Below are positions 26,219-36,418 of a stretch of DNA of 64,000 nucleotides, piece after piece. Each line of letters begins with the position of its first letter. Positions within the stretch are counted from its first letter, which is position 1. A program made the position numbers and the translations under genes. The notes beneath the pieces are model-generated. The model made no database searches and had not been told where the DNA came from. It saw nothing but the letters and a program-made list of their open reading frames with translations. Source of the DNA: an uncultured Bacteroidota bacterium (GTDB lineage Bacteria > Bacteroidota > Bacteroidia > Flavobacteriales > Flavobacteriaceae); contig CABXCC010000001.1 in NCBI GenBank assembly GCA_902510475.1, forward strand, positions 18,954 through 82,953, given 5' to 3'.

Positions 26219-28558
26219 TTATTCGTTTTCAAAATGTCTGTCCAGGGATTGTAGATCTGGAATCAAAACTTGTCTGGCTTTGCTGCCTTCAAAAGGACCA
26301 ACAATACCTGCAGCTTCTAATTGATCTATTAATCTACCCGCTCTATTATAACCTAACTTAAGTTTTCTTTGAAGTAAAGATGCTGATCCCTGTTGAGCTA
26401 TAACAAGTACTTCAGCAGCTTCTCTAAACAACTTATCCCTGTCTTCTATATTATTATCAAGTTGTGTGCCACCTTCTTCTCCTACATACTCTGGTAGTTG
26501 ATGAGCAGTGGCATATGCTTTTTGTGAACCAATATAGTCTGTAAGTTGTTCAATTTCTGGTGTGTCAACAAAAGCACATTGTATTCTTATAAGCTCATTT
26601 CCTTGTGTATATAACATGTCACCTCTTCCAATCAACTGATCAGCTCCTGATCCGTCTAAAATAGTTCGTGAATCAATTTTAGAAGTTACCCTAAAAGCAA
26701 TTCTAGCAGGGAAATTAGCTTTAATAACTCCAGTTATTACATTAACAGATGGTCTTTGGGTAGCTATAATTAAATGGATTCCGATTGCTCTTGCTAGTTG
26801 TGCCAATCTAGCTATAGGCGTTTCAACCTCTTTTCCTGCGGTCATAATTAAGTCTGCAAATTCATCTACTACTAATACAATATAAGGGAGAAATTGGTGA
26901 CCATCATTTGGATTTAATTTTCTTGCCTTAAACTTCTTGTTGTACTCGACAATATTTCTACAAGCAGCATTTTTTAAAAGCTCATACCTATTATCCATTT
27001 CAATACATAAAGAATTTAAAGTATTGATCACCTTTTTATTATCGGTTATGATTGCTTCTTCAGAATCGGGAAGTTTGGCTAAATAGTGTCTTTCTATTTT
27101 GTTATATAAGGTAAGTTCAACTTTTTTTGGATCTACCAATACAAATTTTACTTCAGCAGGATGTTTCTTGTAAAGTAAAGATGTTAAAACAGCATTTAAA
27201 CCAACAGACTTCCCTTGACCTGTTGCTCCTGCCATAAGAAGGTGAGGCATTCTGGCTAAATCAAAAACTAAGGTTTCATTGCTGATCGTTTTTCCGATTG
27301 CTACTGGTAATTCCATTTCTGATTTTTGAAATTTTTCAGCAGAAATTACCGAGTGCATTGAAACTATGGTTGGCTTTTTATTTGGCACTTCAATTCCAAT
27401 TGTTCCTTTTCCAGGAATTGGGGCAATAATTCTTATTCCTAAGGCTGCAAGAGAAAGGGCAATATCATCTTCTAGGTTTTTAATCTTTGATATTCTTACA
27501 CCTGCATCAGGGATAATCTCATAAAGAGTTACAGTTGGACCAATTGTGGCTTTAATATTTGAAATAGATATATTATAATTGGCTAATGTATCAACAATAC
27601 GGTTTTTATTTTCTTCTAATTCGTCTTTATCTATTGTAATTTTTTCAGAATCGTATTGTTTTAATAGTCCTAGTTTTGGAAATTGAAACTTTCCAAGCTC
27701 TAATTTTGGATCAAATTGACCAAAATTATCGACTAATTTATCAGCAAGATTATCTGCTTCAGATTTTTCTTCCACAATCTCTTTTACTTCGATGTCAACT
27801 TTATCAGTAATTGTGGTTGATTCATTTACGGGAATAATATTCTCAAGATTATTTTGCTCAATTTGATTTTCAATTTCTTGCTCGATTTCTTGTTCAATTT
27901 CTTCTTTATTATCTTCAACAGTATTTTCATTAAGCTGACCAGTGTCTACATCAGATTTTTTGATACTTTTTGTTTTAAATAATCTTATACTTTTTACAAA
28001 GTTTAAGGATCTCCTAATATCATCTAAACCTAGTTTCAGTCTGAAAGTCAGATAAAACAGAGACATAAATACTAAAAGAAAAATAACTCCTACACTATTA
28101 ATATATACATCTAAAAAACTGACTATTTCATAACCGATAATTCCTGAGTAAATATTACCATAATCTACAAGGCCAAAGAAGATTGAAAAAAGAAAAATTA
28201 AATAAAATCCCCATAACCAGTTTTTTATCAGTTTTCTTTTTTTGATTTCCAATAAAACATGTAAAGAGCTTAAGAATATAAGAAACGAAATTATAATTGA
28301 GCTAACCCCAAATCCTTTATAAATAAAAAAATCACTAATAATTGCACCAATCTTTCCTAAAGAGTTTGAATTGGTTATGTTTTTATCAGAAAAGCTATAT
28401 AAATTACTTTGATCAATTTCTCCCGTAAAAAAATAAGATACAAAAGAAACAAAAAGAAAAACAGAAAGTATTGCCAAAGTGCTCCCAATAAAAAGTCTCT
28501 TAGCGCTGGAGAGTTCTCTTTTTTCTTTATTTTTTGAAAATGAAAAAATATGCTTCAT
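26219..28558 (-). CDS. ftsK: DNA translocase FtsK/SpoIIIE
   Basis: N-terminal TM helices and an acidic low-complexity linker (EIEQEIEQEIENQIEQ). Walker A is GATGQGKS and Walker B is LVVDEFADL. The gamma winged-helix reads SLLQRKLKLGYNRAGRLIDQLE. Confidence 0.95.
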   Translation of the reverse strand: MKHIFSFSKNKEKRELSSAKRLFIGSTLAILSVFLFVSFVSYFFTGEIDQSNLYSFSDKNITNSNSLGKIGAIISDFFIYKGFGVSSIIISFLIFLSSLHVLLEIKKRKLIKNWLWGFYLIFLFSIFFGLVDYGNIYSGIIGYEIVSFLDVYINSVGVIFLLVFMSLFYLTFRLKLGLDDIRRSLNFVKSIRLFKTKSIKKSDVDTGQLNENTVEDNKEEIEQEIEQEIENQIEQNNLENIIPVNESTTITDKVDIEVKEIVEEKSEADNLADKLVDNFGQFDPKLELGKFQFPKLGLLKQYDSEKITIDKDELEENKNRIVDTLANYNISISNIKATIGPTVTLYEIIPDAGVRISKIKNLEDDIALSLAALGIRIIAPIPGKGTIGIEVPNKKPTIVSMHSVISAEKFQKSEMELPVAIGKTISNETLVFDLARMPHLLMAGATGQGKSVGLNAVLTSLLYKKHPAEVKFVLVDPKKVELTLYNKIERHYLAKLPDSEEAIITDNKKVINTLNSLCIEMDNRYELLKNAACRNIVEYNKKFKARKLNPNDGHQFLPYIVLVVDEFADLIMTAGKEVETPIARLAQLARAIGIHLIIATQRPSVNVITGVIKANFPARIAFRVTSKIDSRTILDGSGADQLIGRGDMLYTQGNELIRIQCAFVDTPEIEQLTDYIGSQKAYATAHQLPEYVGEEGGTQLDNNIEDRDKLFREAAEVLVIAQQGSASLLQRKLKLGYNRAGRLIDQLEAAGIVGPFEGSKARQVLIPDLQSLDRHFENE

Positions 28559-28622
28559 TTACTTAATATTGGTTTTGTTACTTGCAAGTTAATAATCATT
28601 TAATCAAGTATAAACTTTTTAA

Positions 28623-30062
28623 TTATTTTTTATGAGAAGATAAAGTCTTTATTTTTATCATGAATGCTGCATAAAACAATGTTGTAATGGGGCTTAACCA
28701 ATTAAATATTGCATAAATAAAATAATCAGTAACAGAAACACCTAAAACTCCATAGTGATATGCGCCACACGTATTCCACGGAATGAGGGCAGAGGTAACA
28801 GTACCTGTGTCTTCAAGGGTTCTACTTAAATTCTCTGCTGAAAGACCTTTTTCCTCAAAAGCATTTTTAAACATTTTACCGGGAATAACGATAGCTAGAT
28901 ATTGATCAGAAGCTACTATGTTAATACCCAAACAACTAGCAGCGGTACTGGCAAAAAGCCCAAAAGTTGTTTTTGCCTTATTAAGTAAAAAATCAGTTAT
29001 TTTCTTCAGAGCACCAATCCCATCCATAGATCCTCCGAAAATCATAGCACAAATCGTTAGATATATTGTCCACAACATTCCTTTAATACCACCTGAATTG
29101 TAAAGTCTTTCAATTCTAGAATTTTCGGTTGGAATTTCAGTATCCATAAAAATTGATTGAAAAACTGAAGAAATTTGTGAAGGATTTATCGATTCTAAAA
29201 CATTATTCTGAAATATAAGAGCAAATATTACAGCCCCAGCTATACCTAAACTTAAAGCAATGATGGGTCTAATTTTTAAAAAGGCTAATATTATTACAAG
29301 AACTGGAATTAAAAAAAGTGTAGGAGAAATATAAAAGTCATTTAAAATTGTTTGAGAAAGATTATTTATCTCATTCATCTCTCCAACTCCACTAATACTT
29401 AAATTAAAACTCAGTATTATAAAAATTACAAGAGTAATAACATAAGTTGGAACGGTAGTATAAGTCATATATTTTATGTGCGAATAAAGATCGGTTCCTG
29501 CCATTGCTGGGGCAAGGTTAGTTGTATCACTAAGTGGTGACATTTTATCACCAAAATAAGCTCCAGAAATTACCGCTCCTGCAGTCATGCCTGCAGGGAT
29601 ATTAAATGCAATTCCAACAGCTACTAAAGCGATTCCAACCGTAGCTGAGGTTGTGTACGAACTTCCTGTTGTTAATGAAACTAATGTTGAAACAATTAAT
29701 GTCAATGGCAAAAAGACAGAAGGGTCAACAAGATTTAGCCCATAGTATACCATTGCTGGAATAATCCCACTTACTTTCCAAGTTCCTGCAAGAGCACCAA
29801 CAAGCAATAAAATAATTATAGGAATGGTTATGCTTTTAATACTTTGAATTATTCTTTTTATTATATGTGAGATTTCAATATTTTCTAAAAAGCCTAAAAA
29901 AATAGCAATAATGGAAGAGAATATAAGCAAATAATGATATGTGTAATCCCCAAGCCAATCATTATTTTCAAATGAAATAATATTATAAAACAATAAGGAG
30001 ATTAAAATTATAATAGGAATTAATGATATGTTTAAACTAATTTTTGAGGATGATGTATTCAT
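28623..30062 (-). CDS. nhaC: NhaC-family Na+/H+ antiporter-type membrane transporter
   Basis: 479 aa and polytopic (about 11-12 TM helices). Composition and length fit the NhaC family. Its ATG overlaps the stop of the upstream lyase fragment (ATGA). Confidence 0.75.
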   Translation of the reverse strand: MNTSSSKISLNISLIPIIILISLLFYNIISFENNDWLGDYTYHYLLIFSSIIAIFLGFLENIEISHIIKRIIQSIKSITIPIIILLLVGALAGTWKVSGIIPAMVYYGLNLVDPSVFLPLTLIVSTLVSLTTGSSYTTSATVGIALVAVGIAFNIPAGMTAGAVISGAYFGDKMSPLSDTTNLAPAMAGTDLYSHIKYMTYTTVPTYVITLVIFIILSFNLSISGVGEMNEINNLSQTILNDFYISPTLFLIPVLVIILAFLKIRPIIALSLGIAGAVIFALIFQNNVLESINPSQISSVFQSIFMDTEIPTENSRIERLYNSGGIKGMLWTIYLTICAMIFGGSMDGIGALKKITDFLLNKAKTTFGLFASTAASCLGINIVASDQYLAIVIPGKMFKNAFEEKGLSAENLSRTLEDTGTVTSALIPWNTCGAYHYGVLGVSVTDYFIYAIFNWLSPITTLFYAAFMIKIKTLSSHKK

Positions 30063-30394
30063 CTAAATAAGTTTAAATTTCTTCTTGAGATAATATGATC
30101 TCCAGATTTGCAAATTTGTAATATAGTAGAGGTAGTTGCTTCCATTCCAGATGAAAATACATTAGCAGCTTCTGTTCCTTCCATGGCTGCACATGCTTCT
30201 TCAAGATATAAGTTACTATGGGATGAGTTTCTAGAATATAAATAGCAACCCTCCATGTTTCCTTCAAATGTTTCAGACATGAAGTTAGCAGAAAGAAAAG
30301 TGTAAGTGGAGGAGTCAGGTATTGATGGATTCACACCACCAAATTCCCCGAAAAGCTGTAAGTCTTGTATTTTATTAGCTGGTTTATATTTCAT
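30059..30394 (-). pseudogene. N-terminal ~105-aa remnant of a Cys/Met-metabolism PLP enzyme (methionine gamma-lyase-like)
   Basis: …GGVNPSIPDSSTYTF…EGCYLYSRNSSHSNLYLEEACAAMEGTEAANVFSSGMEATTSTILQICKSGDHIIS matches the N-terminal quarter of ~400-aa gamma-lyases/sulfhydrylases. The PLP-lysine region and everything downstream are missing. The ORF ends as RRNLNLFR* at the nhaC start. Confidence 0.7.
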
Positions 30395-30512
30395 TTAGTT
30401 GCAAGTGCATTTAATTTGAATTTTGCACTAATTTACCAAAATCAATTTTAATACTTTAAAAATTATTTTAACATTTAAATATTTGTATTTTTGAATCCTA
30501 AATTTGAGAAGT

Positions 30513-31916
30513 ATGAACACATTTGATGTTATTGTTATTGGTTCCGGGCCGGGAGGTTATGTTTCAGCTATCAGGTCTTCACAATTAGGTATGAAAACTG
30601 CATTAATTGAAAAGTATTCGACTATGGGCGGAACATGCTTAAATGTTGGATGTATTCCTAGTAAATCATTGCTAGACTCTTCACATCACTATGAAAATGC
30701 AATTCATAATTTTGAAGATCATGGGATTTCAGTTCAGGGTGAGATTAAGCTTGATTTAGAAAAAATGATGTCAAGAAAATCCTCTGTAGTTGAACAAACA
30801 ACAAAAGGTTTAGATTACTTAATGAATAAAAATAAAGTAACAGTTTTTAATGGTATAGGGTCTTTTGAAAACTCAAATAAAATTAAAATTCAATCTGATA
30901 GCAAAACCAAAACCATTGAAGGAAAACATATAATTATTGCTACTGGAAGTAAACCATCGAAACTTTCTTTTGCTGATTTTGATGGTGAAAGAATCATATC
31001 ATCTACTGAGGCGCTTAAATTAAAAGAGGTTCCAAAACATTTAATTGTTGTTGGAGGTGGAGTAATAGGTCTTGAGCTTGGTCAAGTTTACAGCAGGTTG
31101 GGAGCTAAGGTAACTGTTATTGAATATCGGGACAGAATAATTCCAAATATGGATGCAGGTCTTTCAAAAGAACTTTCAAAAGTATTCAAAAAGAGTGGTA
31201 TAAAGATAAATACTTCGCACAAGGTTACATCTATTGAAAGAAATGATAATTTAGTTTTCGTTTCTGCAGAAAATAAGAAGGGTGAAAGTATAAAATTTGA
31301 AGGAGATTATTGTCTAATTTCCATTGGCAGGAGTGCTTACACAGATGGTCTTAACCTTGAAAATATTGGTTTATCAACTGATAAACACGGTAGAATTGAA
31401 GTAGATGAAAATCTTAAAACAAGTATCCCTAATATATATGCTATTGGAGATGTTGTAAAAGGAGTTATGCTAGCACATAAAGCTGAAGAGGAAGGCGTAT
31501 TTGTTGCAGAGTTAATTAACGGTCAGTGTCCTCATATTAATTATAATTTAATTCCTGGTGTTGTTTATACCTGGCCTGAGGTTGCATCAGTTGGGTACAC
31601 AGAAGATCAATTAAAGGATTCTAACAAAAATTACAAAGTTGGTCAATTCCCGATGAGAGCTTTGGGAAGAAGTAGGGCAAGTTCTGATTTAGATGGCTTC
31701 GTTAAAATTTTGGCTGATTCTGAGTCAGATGAAATATTAGGAATACACATGATTGGAGCAAGGTGTGCTGATTTAATTTCGGAGGCTGTAGTTGCAATGG
31801 AATATAAAGCGTCTGCGGAAGATATCGCTAGAATATCTCATGCCCACCCTACTTTTTCAGAAGCAATTAAGGAAGCAGCTTTAGCTGCTACAGATAATAG
31901 AGCTATTCACATATAA
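30513..31916 (+). CDS. lpdA: Dihydrolipoyl dehydrogenase (E3)
   Basis: FAD motif VIGSGPGGY, redox-active disulfide GGTCLNVGCIPSK, NAD motif VVGGGVIGLE and C-terminal HAHPTFSE. The start is taken at the ATG at 30513 rather than the TTG at 30504. Confidence 0.93.
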   Translation: MNTFDVIVIGSGPGGYVSAIRSSQLGMKTALIEKYSTMGGTCLNVGCIPSKSLLDSSHHYENAIHNFEDHGISVQGEIKLDLEKMMSRKSSVVEQTTKGLDYLMNKNKVTVFNGIGSFENSNKIKIQSDSKTKTIEGKHIIIATGSKPSKLSFADFDGERIISSTEALKLKEVPKHLIVVGGGVIGLELGQVYSRLGAKVTVIEYRDRIIPNMDAGLSKELSKVFKKSGIKINTSHKVTSIERNDNLVFVSAENKKGESIKFEGDYCLISIGRSAYTDGLNLENIGLSTDKHGRIEVDENLKTSIPNIYAIGDVVKGVMLAHKAEEEGVFVAELINGQCPHINYNLIPGVVYTWPEVASVGYTEDQLKDSNKNYKVGQFPMRALGRSRASSDLDGFVKILADSESDEILGIHMIGARCADLISEAVVAMEYKASAEDIARISHAHPTFSEAIKEAALAATDNRAIHI

Positions 31917-31944
31917 AGTAAATTTTTTATCTATTCATTTCTAT

Positions 31945-31952
31945 TATATTTG
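31945..31952 (+). promoter_or_regulatory. Candidate -7 box TATATTTG for tilS
   Basis: Exact TAnnTTTG match 16 nt upstream of the ATG at 31968. No convincing -33 TTG was seen. Confidence 0.35.
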
Positions 31953-31967
31953 TTTTAAACAAAAGAA

Positions 31968-33284
31968 ATGCTACTACAATTTGAATCTTATCTAAAAGAT
32001 AATTTTCCTTATTTATTAAAGGAAAAAAGCATTCTATGCTGTTCTGGTGGTGTTGATAGTGTGGTATTATTTTATTTAATGCTTTCCGTTTCAAAAGATT
32101 TTGTTGTAGCACATTGTAATTTTAAATTAAGGGGTAGTGAGAGTGATGAGGATCAGTATTTTGTTAGAGATCTGTGTAAAGAAAATTCGATTAAGTTTTA
32201 TGCTAAGTCTTTTAATTTAAAAAAAATAAAGGCCAACTCTAATAAATCAACTCAGATGATTGCTAGAGATTTAAGATATGATTTTTTTGATCAGTTATCT
32301 TCTGATTTAAATATCAAACACATTCTTACAGCACATCACTTAAATGATAGTTTAGAGGGTTTTATTATAAATATTTCTAGAGGCTCTGGGTTAGACGGTT
32401 TAACCGGGATTCCATTTGAGAATAATAAGATAAAGAGACCTTTAATTTGTTTTGAAAAATCAAAAATTATTGATTATGCAAAATCCAACAACCTAAACTG
32501 GAGAGAAGATTCCTCAAACAAAACAGATTCTTATCTCAGAAATAAAATACGAAATAAGATAATTCCTGAATTTGAAAAACTAGAAGGTAATTTCATAAAA
32601 AATTTTAAAAATAGTATTTCATTTCTGCAAATATCTAACACAATAATTCATGATAAAATTAATGAGTTAAAGAAAAATTTACTGGATTATAGAGCTGATG
32701 AAATTGCAATCAAGATTAGAGATTTACAAAAGATAAATTCGAAGGCTTTTTTGTATTATTTTTTGAGGGATTTTGGATTTATTGATTGGGATAAAATATA
32801 CAAGTTGATTGATTCAGAATCAGGAAAAAAAATATTAAGTCAATCCCATATTTTATTCAGGAATAAGGAGGAGTTGATTTTAAGACCAATTCAGGAAATT
32901 AAAAAAATTAATAACATAATTAATGACATAAATAATCCTGTGTTTATTAATAATGGTTTTCAAATTCAATTTAAAAAAACTGCTAAAATTACTAGGGGTG
33001 TCAATGTTGTCACTGTAGATAGTGAAAAATTAAAATTCCCGTTAACATTAAGAAATTTTAAGGACGGTGATTCCTTTAACCCCTTTGGAATGAATGGAAG
33101 TAAAAAAGTTGGTAAATACTTAAAAGACAGTAATATAAATCATTTAGATAAGGCTTCAGTTCCTATTTTGGTTAACGGGGATAATAAAATTATTTGGGTG
33201 GTAGGAATGAGACTGGATAATAGATTTTGTATTTCAGAAAATACTCAAAAATTATTAAATATTTTTTATTGTAAAAACAATTAG
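31968..33284 (+). CDS. tilS: tRNA(Ile)-lysidine synthase
   Basis: PP-loop motif CSGGVDS near the N-terminus. Length is 438 aa. The C-terminal TilS substrate-binding region includes GSKKVGKYLKD… and ILVNGDNKIIWVVGMRLD. Confidence 0.9.
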   Translation: MLLQFESYLKDNFPYLLKEKSILCCSGGVDSVVLFYLMLSVSKDFVVAHCNFKLRGSESDEDQYFVRDLCKENSIKFYAKSFNLKKIKANSNKSTQMIARDLRYDFFDQLSSDLNIKHILTAHHLNDSLEGFIINISRGSGLDGLTGIPFENNKIKRPLICFEKSKIIDYAKSNNLNWREDSSNKTDSYLRNKIRNKIIPEFEKLEGNFIKNFKNSISFLQISNTIIHDKINELKKNLLDYRADEIAIKIRDLQKINSKAFLYYFLRDFGFIDWDKIYKLIDSESGKKILSQSHILFRNKEELILRPIQEIKKINNIINDINNPVFINNGFQIQFKKTAKITRGVNVVTVDSEKLKFPLTLRNFKDGDSFNPFGMNGSKKVGKYLKDSNINHLDKASVPILVNGDNKIIWVVGMRLDNRFCISENTQKLLNIFYCKNN

Positions 33285-33319
33285 TATTTAAGATTATATA
33301 TTACTTGAGTAATTTGTTG

Positions 33320-34720
33320 TTAGCCAAAATACTTAATTATTTTTTTCATTATTGAGAGTTTTTTTTCATAAGGAGCATATCTTAGTTTATTATCATACCA
33401 TGTACCTCTTTTGACAATTGATTTCTTGTGTGTAAATAATTCAAATGAATATTTTCCATGATAAGATCCGTATCCGCTATTACCAATTCCTCCAAAGGGT
33501 AATTTTGGATTAGCTAAATGAACTACGGTGTCATTCACAGCTCCACCTCCAAATTTATATCGGTTAATTATTTTTTCCTCAAATTCTTTATTCTTAGTAA
33601 AAACATAAAGCGCCAGGGGATTGGGGTTTTTAAATATAATTTCATCAATATCATCTTGGTTTTTGTATGTTAAAATAGGAAGTATGGGTCCAAATATCTC
33701 ATCAGCCATAATATTGTCTTCAGCATTTGATGTATCAACTAATGTTGGATAAATAAATCTTATTTTTTTATTATGCTGACCTCCAAATATCACTTTACTT
33801 TCATTAATTAATTTAACGAGTCTATCAAAGTTATTTTCATTAACAATTGATGTGTAATTGTTAAGTTTATCTGAATACTCTCCAAAAGCTTCTAAAATAC
33901 TATTTATTAGTTCTTTTATAAGTGAATCTTTAGTCGATTCATTTACAATCAAATAATCAGGGGCAACACATGTTTGTCCAGAATTTAAAAACTTACCCCA
34001 AACAATCCTTTTACTAACTAATTTTAGATCTATAGAGTCGTCTATAACTGCAGGGCTTTTGCCTCCAAGCTCTAGCGATGTTGGTGTTAGATTTACTGCA
34101 GCAGCTTTGGCAACAATTTTACCAATTTTAACACTGCCAGTAAAAAATATATAATCCCATTTTAACCTAAGTAACTCTGTAGCCACTTCGGCATCACCTT
34201 CAATTACACTAAATATATTTTCAGGAAATACAGCTGAAACAATAGATTTTACAAGATTTGAGGTTGATGGGGTGTGTTCGCTTGGTTTTAATATCACGTT
34301 ATTTCCACATGCAAAAGCCGACATAGCTGGTAAAAGTGAAAGTTGAAAAGGATAGTTCCAAGGAGAAATTATTAAAACCTTACCATAAGGTTCTTTGTAA
34401 ATGTAGTCTTTTGACGGAAAATTGATAATTGAGCTTGGAATGCGTTCAGGCTCTGCCCATTTCTCTAAATTTTTAATAAATAAAGAAATCTCGTTTAATA
34501 AAAAACCAATTTCAGTAGCGTAAGACTCAAATTTAGGTTTGTTTAGGTCTGATTTTAAAGCATTATATATTTCATTTTCGCGAGACTGAATTGTTTTTTT
34601 TAAATTCACTAAATAGTGGATTCTCTCAGAAACATTAAGTTTACTGTGTGACTTTATATGTTTATCTTGAATATTATAAAGTTCTGTAATTCCTAATTTA
34701 TTTACTGAGTTGCTGACCAT
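33320..34720 (-). CDS. NAD(P)+-dependent aldehyde dehydrogenase (class 3/fatty-aldehyde type)
   Basis: Catalytic motifs LELGGKSP and NSGQTCVAPDY (Cys nucleophile), with EIFGPILP downstream. Length is 466 aa. Confidence 0.85.
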   Translation of the reverse strand: MVSNSVNKLGITELYNIQDKHIKSHSKLNVSERIHYLVNLKKTIQSRENEIYNALKSDLNKPKFESYATEIGFLLNEISLFIKNLEKWAEPERIPSSIINFPSKDYIYKEPYGKVLIISPWNYPFQLSLLPAMSAFACGNNVILKPSEHTPSTSNLVKSIVSAVFPENIFSVIEGDAEVATELLRLKWDYIFFTGSVKIGKIVAKAAAVNLTPTSLELGGKSPAVIDDSIDLKLVSKRIVWGKFLNSGQTCVAPDYLIVNESTKDSLIKELINSILEAFGEYSDKLNNYTSIVNENNFDRLVKLINESKVIFGGQHNKKIRFIYPTLVDTSNAEDNIMADEIFGPILPILTYKNQDDIDEIIFKNPNPLALYVFTKNKEFEEKIINRYKFGGGAVNDTVVHLANPKLPFGGIGNSGYGSYHGKYSFELFTHKKSIVKRGTWYDNKLRYAPYEKKLSIMKKIIKYFG

Positions 34721-35397
34721 ATTTTATTCTTTTTAACAGGTGCGTTAATTTTAATTATATTTTTTGTTACTGGATGTTCAAAAATAATTGTTTTGGCATG
34801 AAGATCAATACCACCATCAACATTACTTCTATCATATCCATATTTTAAATCTCCTCTGATAGGGCAGTCAATAGCATGCAATTGACATCTAATTTGATGA
34901 TGTCTTCCAGTCTCTAATTTTATCTTTATTAGATTATACCTGTCTAGTTTTTTTAATAGTTTATAATGAAGTATTGCCTTTTTTGAATTGTTTTTCTCAG
35001 ATTTAAAGTGTGTAGATTTATTGGTTTTGGGATTTTTTAATAACCAATGAATTAATGTGTCTTCATTCTTCTTAGGTGTATTTTTTATTATTGCTAAATA
35101 ATATTTTTCAATTTTACCATTTTTAAACATATTATTTAATCGAGATAGTGATTTAGATGTTTTAGCAAACATTACCACTCCAGATGTGGGTCTATCAATT
35201 CTATGAACTACACCAAGAAAAACATTCCCTGGTTTATTATATTTTTCCTTTAAGTGTGACTTTACAATTTCGGATAGGGATTTGTCACCCGTTTTATCTC
35301 CTTGAACAATATCTCCACATCTTTTATTTATCGCAATAATATGATTGTCTTCATATAAAATTTGTAAATTTTTTGTGTTAGATAAAGTTTTGGTCAA
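34702..35397 (-). CDS. RluA-family pseudouridine synthase
   Basis: Catalytic motif HRIDRPTSGVVMFAKT and a downstream GRHHQIR motif. Length is 231 aa, with no S4 domain. Confidence 0.85.
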   Translation of the reverse strand: MTKTLSNTKNLQILYEDNHIIAINKRCGDIVQGDKTGDKSLSEIVKSHLKEKYNKPGNVFLGVVHRIDRPTSGVVMFAKTSKSLSRLNNMFKNGKIEKYYLAIIKNTPKKNEDTLIHWLLKNPKTNKSTHFKSEKNNSKKAILHYKLLKKLDRYNLIKIKLETGRHHQIRCQLHAIDCPIRGDLKYGYDRSNVDGGIDLHAKTIIFEHPVTKNIIKINAPVKKNKIWSATQ

Positions 35398-35399
35398 AA

Positions 35400-36212
35400 C
35401 TAGTACTGTTCATTTTTATTTGGAAAATCTCCATTTTTGATGTCAGTAGAAAATGAAGATATTGCGTTAATCATTTCATCGTGCAGATTCATATATCTTC
35501 TAAGAAATCTCGGGTTAAACTCTTTTGTCATACCAATTAAATCATGTAATACAAGAACCTGTCCATCAACTTTATTACCAGCTCCAATTCCAATGACAGG
35601 AATATTGACGTCTTTTGCAACCTTTTTGGCTAAATCACTTGGTATTTTTTCTAAAACAATAGCAAAACATCCAATTTTTTCTAAAAGTTTAGCATCGCTG
35701 ATTAATTGATTTGCTTCCTTTTCTTCTTTAGCCCGAACCGTGTAGGTTCCAAACTTATAGATTGATTGTGGAGTTAAGCCCAAGTGACCCATAACAGGAA
35801 TACCAGCTTTTATAATTCTTTTAATAGAGTCTTTAATTTCTTTTCCACCCTCCAATTTAACCGCATGAGAACCGCTTTCTTTCATTATTCGAATTGCAGA
35901 CTCAAGCGCTGCTTGCGAATCACTTTGGTATGTGCCAAATGGCAAATCAACCACAACCAAAGCCCTTTCAACAGCTCTTATAACAGATGAGGCGTGATAT
36001 ATCATTTGATCTAGTGTAATAGGGAGTGTAGTTTCATGTCCAGCCATTATATTACTTGCAGAATCACCAACTAATATCACATCGATACCAGATTTGTCAA
36101 CAATACCTGCGGTTGTGTAATCATAAGATGTAAGCATAGATATTTTTTCTCCGTCAAGCTTCATTTCCTGTAGAGATTTTACCGTAACCCTTTTGTAAGT
36201 TTTTTTGTTCAT
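35400..36212 (-). CDS. panB: 3-methyl-2-oxobutanoate hydroxymethyltransferase
   Basis: Motifs ILVGDSASN, VDLPFGTYQ, AVKLEGG and GHLGLTPQS. Length is 270 aa. Confidence 0.93.
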   Translation of the reverse strand: MNKKTYKRVTVKSLQEMKLDGEKISMLTSYDYTTAGIVDKSGIDVILVGDSASNIMAGHETTLPITLDQMIYHASSVIRAVERALVVVDLPFGTYQSDSQAALESAIRIMKESGSHAVKLEGGKEIKDSIKRIIKAGIPVMGHLGLTPQSIYKFGTYTVRAKEEKEANQLISDAKLLEKIGCFAIVLEKIPSDLAKKVAKDVNIPVIGIGAGNKVDGQVLVLHDLIGMTKEFNPRFLRRYMNLHDEMINAISSFSTDIKNGDFPNKNEQY

Positions 36213-36418
36213 TTATCTTATTAATAAATAGTTTGTAAATGTAATAAATTAAATCAACGTCAAATTATAAAACTATATAAACAATTTATACTTTACCTGA
36301 TAAATTGCATGAAACAAGACAATATGTCATATGTAATTAAAAAAAGCTGACAAAATCGTACTTAAAACTTAATGGCACAATCATTGACTTTATTTAAACG
36401 AATTTAAAAATTGAAATT

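Noticed and set aside
27850-27910. A short tandem DNA repeat encoding EIEQEIEQEIENQIEQ, considered as a possible CRISPR-like or regulatory repeat.
   Set aside because: It lies in frame within the acidic linker of FtsK, it has no spacers, and it is far too short. It is a coding low-complexity region.
30404-30429. An inverted repeat AGTGCA-N14-TGCACT upstream of the lyase remnant, considered as an operator.
   Set aside because: The arms are only 6 bp and the sequence context is AT-rich, so a chance occurrence is likely. There is no supporting second site.
33285-33319. A possible terminator hairpin between convergent tilS and the aldehyde dehydrogenase (ATTACT-TG-AGTAAT).
   Set aside because: The stem is only 6 bp of A/T-rich sequence with a 2-nt loop and no T-run. 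It is not a credible intrinsic terminator.
36213-36418. A CIRCE/HrcA operator or sigma-32-type heat-shock promoter upstream of dnaK.
   Set aside because: No TTAGCACTC-N9-GAGTGCTAA inverted repeat is present. A TTGACT…TTTAAA pair exists near 36384-36408, but it does not fit the Bacteroidota promoter consensus, and I cannot support it from sequence alone.
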